From Octopus sinensis (lineage: Eukaryota): 64,000 nt of DNA. The stretch is from positions 20,646,001 to 20,710,000 of the forward strand of contig NC_043008.1 of the NCBI RefSeq assembly GCF_006345805.1. The letters are read 5' to 3'. The notes under the pieces are model-generated. The model had not been told where the DNA came from. It did not search any database and worked only from the letters and a program-made list of their open reading frames with translations. The position numbers and the translations under genes were made by a program. Positions 12,240-26,234 of this stretch are shown here, piece by piece (the first letter of the stretch is position 1; the number at the start of each line of letters is the position of its first letter).

Positions 12240-14402
12240 GAATGACGATGCCTTTCATGTCATTTCAGGCAATTGACAAGCGCTGCACGAAGAACTGTTT
12301 TGCTTTTAGACAAATGGACTGTCAACACAAATGTCACACCCTATTTACATGTAGGAACACCTTCTTAAAATCTACATGTTTACATCCTGAAACGGCCGGC
12401 GTGTATATTTCCCAGACGCAAATGCTCGAAACATAGTTCTGAATCCATGAAAAACCATTTTTGACAACTTTCTTCAAATTATGCCAGTGTGATCTATTTG
12501 CCTGAACAATGTTGTATGTAGAGGTATCCGTGTACTATACCTGGGCACACAATAGATGGAGTAGATACAAGCAAGGAAGAGGCATTGAAGGCTGGGAAGT
12601 AGATGCTGTCTTTAAGAGTGGAGCCATAGGGCGGGTTTACACTGTGTACCTTAATCAGCAGGAGTGTTCCGTTCTGCATCTACTGCTACACACTTTCAGA
12701 GGTCGTACATCATATACTGACTTCCGAAGACCAAATGGAAAGTCTGCATGACTTATATAGTCTGCATGGCCTATAGCCAAACAATGACAACTCGAGGACG
12801 ATGTTCACTGGGTCCAGGCACTGGAGGAGGCAGCTATTTTCTATCATGTTGATGACATGTGGCTTGCATGAACCTCACAAGCTTTGGGCGATCCACAAAA
12901 CCAGCATAGCAGAGGACAGCTAGAAAGTATTCAAATGTAAACCTCGGCAGAAATTGCCACGTTGAATAACGCCATTTACAATGAGGCATGACTTGCTCTG
13001 GGCACTTGAGTGCAAGCTATGGGAGGTCAAGGCAATTCCACATTTGGTCTGCCTCAACCGGAGCAGGCAGCAAACACTCTCGCAACTGAGTACCTGCGAG
13101 AAATCAGCTATGACATCGAGGAAATCTTCGGCGTATATAGCCAATAAAGAACACAAACGGATGGAGGACCAGCTGGGTGTTTATAACACCATTAATTCGA
13201 GAATTGAAAATGAAAGAGGAGGCCTTTTCTTCATGGATGCTCCAGGTGAAACTGCCAAAACATTTGTCATCAACGTTCTTCTGGCTAAACTGCACCAAAT
13301 GAAGTACATTGCCATAGTATTGGCATCATGTGAAATTGCCGCGACTCTGCTAAGTTGTGGCCGCAGAGCTCATTCCTGTCTCAAACTCCCTTTGGACCTG
13401 TTCAAGGAAGAGGAGACAAACTGCAACATCAGTCGTGGTTCTATAAAAGCAAACCTCTAGGTGAATGCAGGTTGATCATCTGGGATGAAGCGACAATGAG
13501 CCATAATGTTTCCTTTGAAGCTCTTGACATGTCCCTTCAGGATCTGAGACACAACACAAGGCTCATGGAAGGTGCCACTGTGTTGCTTGTTGGAGAATTT
13601 AGATAAACCTTTCCAGTGGTTCCAAAGGGGACAAGAACTGATGAAGGAAATGCCAGTATAAAGTTGTCCTACCTAATGGCATTTCGGTTGGCAAGACGTA
13701 TAGCCGGGTAAGCTTGCTTTTGGACATATGGTATCTGATTGAAAGGAACTAATGAACAAGGTGTTTCCTAACCTAAGTTACCAGTTAACATAACACGACT
13801 GGCTGAAAACCCGTGCCATTTTAGCTCCAAAGAATGTAGGAGGTGATGATTTGAACTTTAAACTTCTGGAAGACTTGCCAGGTGAGCGTCACATATATAA
13901 TTCCATTGAAGTTCTTCTCAACATCAATGAAACTGTGAATTATCCAGTTGAATTCTTGAATAGTCTAACACTAGTTGGCCTCTCACCTCACAACTTGCAC
14001 ATCAAGATTGGGGTACCAGCTATGCTACTTCGAAACCTCGATTCACCAAAGCTTTGCAGTGACACACGACTTATAATAAAGAATATGATATGGACAATCT
14101 TGGAGACAACAATTTTGACTTATAAAAGCAAGTGGTGAGGCTGTATTCATTCCTAGAATTCCATTTATTCCCTTGGATATGTCTTTCCAGTACATGCGCC
14201 CGTAATTCCCGTTGAAACTGAGCTTTGCATTGAGAATTTACAAGGCATCGGGTCAGTCCTTGAACACGGTATCTGAACCTTGCGGAATCAGTTTTATCCA
14301 TTGGCTAACTTTATGTGGGACGTTAAAGGGTCGGCAATCCTAATCGTTTCTTTATTTATACCCGACAAGGATGCTATTTATCAGGAAGCTCTGCAAATTT
14401 AA
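12240..14402 (+). pseudogene. Helitron Rep-helicase (PIF1-like) pseudogene, multiply frameshifted
   Basis: HPETAGVY/LENGRRVYF region, IGRVYTV; helicase motif I FFMDAPGETAKTF, ATLLSCGRRAHS, motif II LIIWDEATMS, motif III VLLVGEFR, NYPVEFLNSL...GVPAMLLRNLD...LCSDTRL. Confidence 0.9.
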
Positions 14403-15777
14403 TAAGATTCTTCAAATCATCAGGTATTTATTTTTTAACTGTAATATTTCTAAGTGTTGTAAATGTATTGATAATCTACACGCTATTTTATTGTTAAATC
14501 TATATACAAATATATTTGTATGTCTACTGTAAAACTAAATGTTAGTCTGTTTCTACATTCATTGCATATCTAGTTCAACACTAGCGCCCTTGAAGGTAAT
14601 ATTATCTGGAAACGCACAAAAGCCCTTTATGAGAGTTAATTACTTTGAATTGCTATTATCTCATACTAGATTAGCCTTTTATTACGTAATATGCTTCACA
14701 ATTTTGGTATACATACCTTATTGGTATTTCCTCCTAAGTTCTATATACTCTGGTAACGCATTAAATCCGTTCTCGGGGCTACTTTATTGGAATTCTTACT
14801 ATCGGGTAACTAGTTTCATGTTATTACATAACTGACTTCAAAATTTGGGTATTCATAACATATTGGATATTCCTAAAAACAAGATTCTGCGTCATCCCTT
14901 AATGTGGAAAGAATATCAGAAAAAAATGTCCTGGAGCTCTAAATCGTTTTCCTGCAAGTTCTTGATAACACAACGATGCCAATCATAGTCGATTTTCAAG
15001 GGAACACGCTACTGGTTATTTTGAAGCCTTCCTGGAAAAAGCAGGTGTCCGTTTACCTGGAAAGAAGCAATGGAATAATTAATAAGGAAGGTTGAAATGA
15101 ACGCATACAGATTTCACAGCTCTAGCACCACTCCTTGAGAGTCAGTCCATGAAGCTTTCAGCGTACTCTCGTAAAAAGCACTCCTGTGGATCTGCTGCAG
15201 GCGTACAAGTGGAGGATTTAAGAAATATATTAACAGCCCAGACTACAGCGATTATGGATTCCTTTGAATTCAATGTCGTATATTGTATGAAAGTACTAAT
15301 GAGTAATATTGATTTGCTGTTAAATGTGTTATGGTAGCTTCAATGAATTTATTTGGCAACCACGGTTCTTAAGAAATCAAGGTGAATAACAAGAAGAAAA
15401 TAATAAACGTGTATTCTAAAGCAACAATTTCAAAACAACTAATTAAATAGTGTTTATATATGGATGTGGAATAATTGTGCTCAATATTGGATATATTTTC
15501 TAAGTGTTGAGTATTTGGTGTGTGTGTGTCTCTCTCTGTGTGTATGTACGTATGTACGTATGTGCGTGCGCTCTTTCATGAATAAACACTAATTGGCATA
15601 ATAATGCAAAAAGGATGACAGAATAAAAATCCCCTTAGGGTTTTATGGTGCAAAAAAAAAATAAGGATTAAATACATGAAAAATGGAAAATAGATTGAAA
15701 AATTGGAAACCCACATACACAAATGTTCATATATATATAATAAATCTATTCTATGCGTGTATATATGAATGTGTGTA

Positions 15778-15811
<34 letters not shown>

Positions 15812-15907
15812 CGTATGTATGTAGATAGACAGACATATAGATATAGATAGATAGGCAGATAGATAGATAGATAGATAGATGGATAGATAGACACAGATAT
15901 TTGTATT

Positions 15908-15939
<32 letters not shown>

Positions 15940-15990
15940 TATATATATATACATATATATATATACATACATATATATATATTATATATA

Positions 15991-16030
<40 letters not shown>

Positions 16031-16164
16031 TACATATATATACATATACAGATAGATACATACATACATACACACATACATAAATAGATAGATAGATAGA
16101 CAATAGATCGATACATAGATATACATATATATGTGTGTGTGTGTGTATAGATATATATATATAT

Positions 16165-16760
16165 TTATAAGCGAGAAAAAAGCAACAAGAATGGATAGGT
16201 TTTTAGTACAATCGTTTCATACAAGGACAGGCTTTATTAAAAGTTGCAAAAATTACAGCATATAAACGTGTCCCGTACTCATCAGCTAAAATACATGTGA
16301 GTTCTCTAGACATCCTAGTGGTTGAGGCTATACTCATGAAGTAATGTAGATAATTAAGTAACATAAACAGATTTCCAAAGTTCATTAAAGTTCTTTAAAG
16401 ATGATGTACAGTCTTATCACAGAATTTTAAAAGAAATAGGGATTAGGTCACCTATGGATTAGGTCACCTTCTCTGTGATGCTATTAAAACTTTTTTTAAA
16501 TTCTGTGATAAGACTGTACATCATCTTTAAAGAACTTTAATGAACTTTGGAAATCTGTTTATGTTACTTAATTATCTACATTACTTCATGAGTATAGCCT
16601 CAACCACTAGGATGTCTAGAGAACTCACATGTATTTTAGCTGATGAGTACGGGACACGTTTATATGCTGTAATTTTTGCAACTTTTAAAAAAGCCTGTCC
16701 TTGTATGAAACGATTGTACTAAAAACCTATCCATTCTTGTTGCTTCTTTCTCGCTTATAA
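16165..16760. repeat. Near-perfect inverted repeat: ~265-bp arms (16165-~16432 and ~16492-16760), ~60-bp spacer
   Basis: ORFs 16203-16385(-) and 16540-16722(+) differ by one residue; the spacer holds ggattaggtcacct twice; each arm contains CTGATGAGTAC. Confidence 0.95.
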
Positions 16761-17499
16761 TCACCCCACATTACTGTATTGTTAAAACAGTATAGTTTTT
16801 TTTTTTTGGTGCATCTAAGTTAGGTACCATATTCAAGTAAATTCATTTAAATTAACTTGAATCTTTATTGCTTTTTGTATATATATTTATATATATATAT
16901 GCACATATATATATATGTACATATATATATATATATACATGTATATATATACATACACATATATATATATATACATATACATACACACATATACAAATAT
17001 GTGTGTGTGTATGTGTATACATGCATGGAATTACATTTGAGTGTGCTTGTTTGTACACTTGAAATTACGTCCGCATGTATGGTTGTGTACATGCATTTAA
17101 TGAAACTAACGCTTCATTTTGTTAATTAGTTGCAATATTTAACTAGAAACCCATTAATTAATATTCTGCAGTAATAACATGGTTTGCAGTTAATAATTTT
17201 CTCCAGAACCATTACTGTATATTTTAAATTTATATGGCGTAAGGATATGAAATTGTTGTTCATATCTTTACGCTATTTTCAAAGAGGTTATGCTGTACCA
17301 TCCATCATATCCCCCCTGTTATCAATCATACGATGCGTGATTTTGTCACTTACATATTCTAATATGAAGTGACAAATGAAATTTGCATCAACACGTGTGT
17401 AAAAAATGTTAGGTGTAGCCACCACAACTCTATTTGATTTACTAATAGAGAATTGCGTGTGAACACACGTTTGAGTTGTTTGCCTTCCAACTACAATAA

Positions 17500-17745
17500 A
17501 TGTTCACACATACATACACTAAAATATACATACATACATATACATATGTATATACACACGTACATACGCGCACACGGACACGGACACATATCTATTATTT
17601 ATTATTATTATTTATTATTCATTATTTATTACATGAGTATGCGTTTGTATGCATGTATGTATTTATGTATATAAGGAGGCGCGTGAGTGTGTGTATGTAT
17701 ATGTATTTGTATAAACATATGTATACATTTATGCATGTATGTGCT

Positions 17746-17776
<31 letters not shown>

Positions 17777-17939
17777 GTATATGTACACATATATATATAT
17801 ATATATATGTGTATATATATATGTGTATATGTATGTGTATGTATATATATATATATGTGTGTAAAAAATGTGTGTGTAAATGTATATATATATGTGTCTG
17901 TATGTGTGTGTATATGTGTATATATGTATATGTATATAG

Positions 17940-17974
<35 letters not shown>

Positions 17975-18830
17975 TATGTACGCTTGTGTGTTTATGTATA
18001 TGTAGGTATGTAGAGTTATGTGTGTATGTATGTATGTATATATACATATGTGTAAAGAGGTATATATGGGTATGTTTATATGTATGTATCCGTCTGTATA
18101 ATGGGTAACTGCACGTATATATATTTATTATTATTATTATTTGAGTATGCATGTATGTATATATGTATATGCCTGTATGCATGTATGTATTTATGAACAT
18201 AAGGAGGCGCGTGTGTGTGTGGATGTGTATGCATATGTATAGACATATGTATACATTTATGCATGTATGTACTTATGTGTATATATAGATGCGCGTGTGT
18301 GTGTGTGTATGTGTACGCACATATATATATTATATATATATATATGTGTGTGTGTGTGTATGCGTGTGCGTATGAGTATGTGTGTACGTGTGAGTGTGTG
18401 GGCGTGAGTGAGTGCTTGCGTCCGTATCAGTGAGTAGATAGATAAACGGAATCTTTAGATCATCCATTGAGACCGGCTGACCCGTCAAGATAAAAATAAA
18501 GATATAAACAAAAGTAGTAGTAATAATAAAATTAAAATAAGAGAATAAAAATGTGTGTGTATGTGTGTGCATGTATATGCATGTGTATATATATGTATGT
18601 ATGTATATATATGTGCGAGTGTGTATACATATATGTATATATATGTATGTATATGTGTATTTGTGTGTACGTACATGGGTACGTGTATATATATGTATAT
18701 GTATGTATATGTATATGTATGTGTATGTATGTATATATATGTATGTATATGTGGATATGTATGTATATGTATAGATATATGTGAATATGTGGGTGTAGAT
18801 ATGTGTATATATATATATATGTAGCTGTAC
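17500..18830. repeat. Compound (TA/TG/TATG) low-complexity tract with a degenerate internal duplication
   Basis: Anchor ataaggaggcgcgtg at 17671 and 18199 with similar flanks. Confidence 0.8.
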
Positions 18831-19188
18831 AAGTGAGAGTCTCCTAACTTACCTAAAACTCTATTTTTCTATTTATTTTTTATTCTTTGTTTATTCTTTT
18901 ATCTACTTTGCCACCGATTCCTTTGACCACTCCCCTAATAATGACAGTTTTGCGCCATACCTATCCCCAAAAAAGTCCCCCACCACCACCCATTTAAACC
19001 TGCCTAAATGTATAAATGCCAAAACAACTCTTGTCTACTAGCTTCCTGATGATTTCTTTTGAATGAAACAGTTCTAGTCCTGTAGAAGCTCTTCTATATA
19101 ATAAATTAATTGACTCTGCTATGTATTGAGTACCTTATTTATTGTGGTAACCCCGACTCAACCCGGGACTACATATATATATATATAT

Positions 19189-19258
<70 letters not shown>

Positions 19259-19289
19259 TATATATATATATACATATTCATTAGATAAT

Positions 19290-19432
19290 AAATCGTATGG
19301 TATACACCTTGTAGCTTACAGTTAAAGCACGTTCACATTTACGGGGTTCGTTCGGTAACTGAATGAAAAGAGAGACGAAGTTTGGAAGATACGAGAATGT
19401 TTATTGATCACTACAATTGTTTCGAGCCATTA
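19290..19432 (-). mobile_element. Probable Penelope-like terminal fragment
   Basis: Minus strand reads CTCGAAAC-AATT-GTA-GTGATC-AATAAA: a hammerhead 3' half followed by a polyadenylation hexamer. Confidence 0.4.
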
Positions 19433-19442
19433 TACATTATTC

Positions 19443-19494
<52 letters not shown>

Positions 19495-19745
19495 CGCCGT
19501 TGCGTCTGAGGAAAGTCAAAATTTTCGTTGCGTCCTGCAACATTTTCAATAGTCTTGACTATTCAAAACGTTGTCCGACGCAACGAAAATTTTGGGAAAA
19601 TAAAAATAAGAAATAATTGGAAATGTTATGGGTTTGTGTGTTAAATTATAAGGCACAAAAAGAAAATGACTGTCCCCAGACACAACAGAATATGCTTCAA
19701 CACACGAACTCACATAAAGAATCTTGCAAACCAAATCCATAAACG

Positions 19746-19784
<39 letters not shown>

Positions 19785-19867
19785 ATGTATGTATGTATGT
19801 ATGTACGTATGTATGTATATCTATGTATCTTTGTATCTATCTATCTATATATCTATCAATCTATCTA

Positions 19868-19907
<40 letters not shown>

Positions 19908-20836
19908 TACACACATATATGTATATACACACACACATATATACATCATACATACATACAAATGTATAAGAAAAAGATCTGTTTGGGCCTATATTCCAAA
20001 TTCTTTTACCGGGTTAAGAGAAACTGAAGGACCACTGCAATAAGTGTTTCAATTTGAGAAGGGAATATGTTGAATGATATCGTATTTAGCTGATCCGCCT
20101 GTATTAGGCTTCAACATACTTTTCATTTACCAAATTCACTCACAAGGTGTAGGTCCACCAGATGCACTAGTAAAAAATACTAACCAAAGGAGCCAATTGT
20201 GTGCGTCTCTGTGTGTATGCATGTGTGCGCCCGTGTGAGCATTGTGTATGTGCGTGTTCTGCGTGCGTGTGTGTGTGTGTGCGTGTATGTGTGCTTGTGT
20301 CTCAGTTTGTGGCCCACCGCCACTTGACAACCGTTGTCGGAGTTTTTAAGGCACAGCCTTTGAATCGGTTCGGCGAATTGGGCCCATAGAATAAGAACCA
20401 GGCTTCTAAAATTAAAATAAAAATAAAAATTACAAAGAAGCAACTTGATAGATATTTTGAAACAGCTGTAACTTGTTTGAGAAGGCCAATTTACCATTAT
20501 GAAACGCATATGTTTTGTTTTTTAGAGTAATTAGCCAATTAGGAACTAGTTAATGAAGTAACTAATTAACTGGTTAATTATTTGTACAATCGATTTAATC
20601 GATCACCTGGTTTATAGTTTCCGTTGCTATTCACAAATTCATCCAGAACACGCACTCGTCACTCCTTGCCTGTCCTTTTGTTTCCAAAGTTGAAGTAGAT
20701 CATTTTAAAATTCTCTTCCCCTTTATGTATGCGTGTGTAAGTGCGTGTGTGCGCATCATTGTTTGCCAATACGTATAGGAGGGCACGTGTGTGAGGAACG
20801 TATGAACGGTTGTTTTATGCTTCTTAAGCTTATTAA

Positions 20837-21052
20837 GGCGGCGAGCTGGCAGAAACGTTAGCACGTCGGGCGAAATGCTTAGTGGTACGTTCTGAGTTCA
20901 AATTCCGCTGAGGTCGACTTTGCCTTTCATCCTTTCGGGGTCGATAAATTAAGTACCAGTTAAGCACTGGGGTTGATATAATCGACTTAATCCGTTTGTC
21001 TGTCCTTGTTTGTCCCTTCTGTGTTTAGCCCCTTGTGGGTAGTAAAGAAATA
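20837..21052 (+). mobile_element. SINE type B with an 18-bp flanking direct repeat
   Basis: ggcggcgagctggcagaaacg head; ggttgttttatgcttctt at 20808-20825 and 21053-21070. Confidence 0.9.
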
Positions 21053-21254
21053 GGTTGTTTTATGCTTCTTTAGTTTTGGGTAGTGTTTTTTTTGTGAGCA
21101 GTCTTTTAGCTTATGCGAACATATACCCGTGCGCATGCGTTCGTTTGTGAGTGTGTGTGCGCGTGTGTGTTCGCCGGTGCATACTATCTGTCCTGTCTTT
21201 TATTTTTTCCCCCTTTTTGACAAATACATACATGCATACACACACATTTTTTTT

Positions 21255-21757
21255 TCTGTAGTTTCAGCTCAGAGTTGTGGCCATGCTGAGGCACCGCCGT
21301 TTTCTTATAACAAGGCTTTGGTTGGCTCGAGGCCATAGTAGAAGACACTTTCCCAGTATGCCACGCAGTGGGACTGAACCCAGAACCATGTGGTTGGTAA
21401 GCAAACTACTTACAACACAGCCACTCCTGCGCCTATATATATATATAAATATATATTCTTTTATTTTTTCATTCTTTTACTTGTTTCAGTCCGTTGACTG
21501 CGGCCATGCAGGAGCATCGCCTTTAGCCGAACAAATCTACCCCAGGACTTATTCTTTGTAAGCATAGTGCTTATTCTAAAGGTCACTTTTGCCGTACCGC
21601 TATGTTACAGGGATTTAAATACACTAACATCGTTTGACAAGCAATGATGTGGGGTGGGGCGGGACAAACACAGACGCACAAACACACACACACATACATA
21701 CATACATATATACATATATACATATACTTATATACATATATACATATATATATGTAT

Positions 21758-21800
<43 letters not shown>

Positions 21801-22108
21801 CAATGGGTGAATAAATTATCTTATGTTTACCGTTAACATGGAAAATTCAATGAACCGTTACCAGGGTAACACCGTTTATTCCTTTGGAATAAAACCATGT
21901 TGTCTTCGAAACATATGTCGAAAGTAAAAGAATTTTATTAACATCTTCGTTAAACTCCATTTATTTATTTATTCATATATATATATATACAACGGGCTTC
22001 GTTTAGTTTCTATCTAAAATATCTATTCACAAGGTTTCGTCGGCCCGTGTCTATAGTGGAGGACATTTGACCAAACTGCCACGTAGTGGGACTGAGCCCG
22101 GAACCGGG
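21255..22108 (-). mobile_element. Cluster of SINE type A fragments (21255-21433, 21470-21700, 21988-22108)
   Basis: Head cacacagccactcctgcgcct at ~21415-21433; tail and core motifs match type A. Confidence 0.8.
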
Positions 22109-22755
22109 GTAGAAGCTAATTTCAATTTTATTGAATAAATTGACTCTTCCGTATGTTAAGTTATTTCTATGTAATTTTGGTAGAGATATTTGTTAAAATG
22201 AGATGCCAGTGTTATTTTCATGTTTACATAATTTAGACAAGTGTATACACCGCACCCTGTATATTCTTTATTTTCTATCTACTTATTTCTCCTTCCTCGG
22301 AATTTAACTTGTGTGTATATATCTATGAATATAAGTATGAATGAACACATGTATATAGGTTTGTGTTTCCTTGCGTATATGTATGTATAAGGTCCTATTT
22401 TTTAAGTGTGTGTATGTAGATGTGTGTATGCCTGTGTATATATATGTGTATACCTCTCTCTATGTGATTTATATATGGGTATATGTAAATGTTTGTGCGT
22501 GTACGTGTGTTAGAATTTCTATGTGTGTATGCTTGTGAATAAACACTCCCTATTTAAACAGTGAATATTGAACCCCAGGAATCGATTTTAAGCGAGAAAC
22601 TTCTATCACGGTCACCTATTGCAAACTTATAAATATCAAATTATTAAAGTGGAAAAATATCAGAAAAGCCATTTCTGTTCATTTTTTTCAAATATATAAT
22701 ACTGTATCAAGGACATTCCATTTCTTATTCTACCATATGTATATATATATGTATG

Positions 22756-22835
<80 letters not shown>

Positions 22836-22952
22836 CATACATATATATACATATATATATATACATACATATATATATATAAAGAAAAAATAATGGAATT
22901 ATTATCCCCTTATTGAGCACAACTAATTAGCGCTCCAATAGAGCCTCAGGGA

Positions 22953-23562
22953 TATAAACCAAAAAAAGGGGAGAATAAATTTCAAAGGTCAGTGTTCATA
23001 TTCAATCAGTATATTTCAAAACGGCGGAATACTCAAAAATATAGATAGGTGCATTCATATACACAAGATAATATATAAGAATTTATAAATATATAAATAT
23101 ATAAAAATACATAAAGGTACCATGCGAGGTTGTACGTCCGTATTAAAATCAATGAGTATATGAAAATATGCGGATGGTGAATGTATAGCGGTAATTAACT
23201 CTATCAATACTTGGAATGAACTTGCTCATACCAACCTGTGTCTTCTCGAAACAGCTGTGAGACTTTGTACTTACTCAAGTTTCCTTTAAAAATTATTTTA
23301 TACCAATTTTTTCATCTATTTGGATAACCGCTATACATTCACCATCCGCGTATTTTAGTATCCTCATTGATAGTAATACGGACATACAGCCTCGCATGTA
23401 CGTTTATGTATTTTTATATATTTATATATTTGTAAATTTTTATATTATATCTTGTATATATGAATACACTTACGTATGGTGTGGAGTATTCCGAGGCTTT
23501 GAAATATATTGAGTAAATATGAAAACTGACCTTTGAAATTTGTTCTCTCTTGTTTGGTTATA
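22953..23562. repeat. Diverged inverted repeat, ~240-bp arms (22953-23192 and 23327-23562); Penelope-like terminal structure
   Basis: For example aaatttcaaaggtcagt vs actgacctttgaaattt, and gcggatggtgaatgtatagcggt vs accgctatacattcaccatccgc; the spacer contains CGAAAC-AGCT-GTG. Confidence 0.8.
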
Positions 23563-23633
23563 TATATATAATATATATATATATAATATATATATATATA
23601 TTATATATATATATATATACATATATATACATA

Positions 23634-23700
<67 letters not shown>

Positions 23701-24344
23701 AGGATATGTTAACCTCGTGAGGAGATGGTTGCAATCAAGGAATGTTGGTTCAATGCCTAGTATTTGGGCGGAATGAAATTTCCTGAAAACAATAGGTGGA
23801 TATAAAGCATATAAATTACAACCATTTAAAAGTAAAGAATATGGAGATTAGGAAATTAACACGTCTTTATGAACAAAAAATTTGTCATCGTCGCTTCTTA
23901 CAGCCGTTTCAATTAGTAGTCGATAATTTAATTACAAATTTGTACATGAAATTTACATTTATATGACATGAGCAATAATTTCATCAAAGGAAAAACGATG
24001 TGCTTTTGGGTGTTATATGTAGGGTAATCAATTCGTTTCAGCAAATAAATATATATATAATATATATATACATACAGATACACACATACGCGCACGTATA
24101 AATGGATGTGTAAGTGGCCTCTTAACTAGATTATACATACGTGTATCCACACATTCGTGTAGTGATATCAGACTGTACATGTCTAGGGTTCAGATGTTTG
24201 TAATGGAGGCTCATTACTAATTAATTTCATGCGTTATGTATTCATTTGTCATTCATTTATAACATATTTGTGATACATGTACTTACAAACGGAAATATAC
24301 ATACCCACCTACCTACATACATACACACATACATACATATATAC

Positions 24345-24605
<261 letters not shown>

Positions 24606-25261
24606 CATACATATCTATGTTTTGATTTTTATATATGGTCTCTCTTATCTTTTATTCAGACAGTTCTGACTACTTTATCATGTCCTCTTGTTATGATTAT
24701 AGTTTTGATTGGAAGGCCATCTAGCTGCTATTTCTTGCCTGTCGTATGACCTGTTGGCTCATCTGTAAGAAGTAATAATCTGTGGAGCGCACGACAGATT
24801 AATCATTTTTATGGTTTCATTGTTCGAAGATTTGCTGATTCACAAATCACCAGTGCTAAACAATCATAAAATTTGTAGCATCTGTAAAGGTAGAATGCTG
24901 TTTTGACAAAATTTATCTAAGTTCCTTAGCAGTATTTTGTGTATCTGAGCACCGAGGACATAAGAAAATGCTGATTCCAACAGAGAACTTATGTATTCGT
25001 CCGACTTTCATGTCTATTCCATTTTAGAATTTAAATATAATTAAATTGAACTTTGGCCCATTTACTGTTTTTCTAAGCTTTCCAAATTTTCTATACAACA
25101 TATATGAGAACATATTGTATTTGCATTTACAGAACATCTGAGATTTTGGCCAGAGGCATTTTCTTCTCCAATACTGTTGATTGCACCCCAGCCACACTCT
25201 TTCTTCCTCTCCTCTGCTCCTTTCCCTTTCACCAATTATCTATATCTCTATATATATGCTA

Positions 25262-25286
25262 GTGCGTTTGTGTGTGTGTGTGTGTT

Positions 25287-25380
<94 letters not shown>

Positions 25381-25417
25381 TTGTGTGTGTGTGTGGTGTG
25401 TGTGTGTGTGTGTGTGT
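25262..25417. repeat. (GT)n microsatellite
   Basis: Direct reading. Confidence 0.95.
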
Positions 25418-26234
25418 TATTGATCATATTTCTCGATAAGAATTCTAGATAACAAAATTTCGATTAAAATTTATTCCGGTCTAACTTTGATTTCGATCCC
25501 TAGAAATCAGATAAAAACAAATGCACCAACCGATGTTGATTTTATCGAATTCTACTCTGGAAGATACCATTATCTCAAAGAAGCTATCGGAGTGGCAAGA
25601 ACACGTTGTGCACATAACCTCATGCGAATACATTCTACATTCAAACCCCAATGTGCTCCGTATAGTGTCCCATCGTTGCAAAGCCGATAAAACTCTGTCG
25701 TCCGTACAGTAACACGAATGGGAATTTGATTCTTTGTGGCAGTCAGAAAAAAAATCAATATTAATTAAAAGTAAGAGTTAGAAGCAGGAAAGCTATTGTC
25801 GGAATAAATACCTGTGAGTTTATTTATCTTGCTTTATATTCTTCGTTCAAACTACACCCGTGTTTCCTTTCGTTTTAATCTATGGAGGACAGATTAAAAT
25901 AAATTAATACGATTCCATACACTTGGGTCGATTGCTTTTACATTAGAATGGTTACAATCTAATGTGAGAAATCAATAATAGATTTATTTTTTTTAATGCT
26001 GAATTCAATTGAAAATTATCGTGAAGTTTCAAAAGTGATACAGATCACAAACTTTATGAACTAAGACAAAAATTAGGATTCTGGCAAACTAAATCTTTGG
26101 CGCTATTTCAGGCTGTCAATCTCTCAATCAATTTAATTTCGTTTTATATTTCTACGACTAATATCCTTCAGGGAATGTTTCTGTGTATCTCTTGCTCATC
26201 TGTTTTGTTTTTTTGTTTGTTTTTTTCACAAAAT

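Noticed and set aside
14830-15340. GC-richer stretch after the Helitron
   Set aside because: Multiple stops in the frames I read and no recognisable motif or Helitron terminus; left unassigned.
16203-16722. Two 60-aa ORFs with the same protein on opposite strands
   Set aside because: They are a by-product of the inverted repeat, with no coding signal.
17500-18832. Long ORFs up to 202 aa here, and similar IY/CV/HT-rich ORFs across the window
   Set aside because: They are translations of TA/TG/CA microsatellites.
25570-25758. FYRLCNDGTLYG...NVEC resembling an FGF motif
   Set aside because: The similarity is short, with a stop soon after and no other FGF residues; probably chance.
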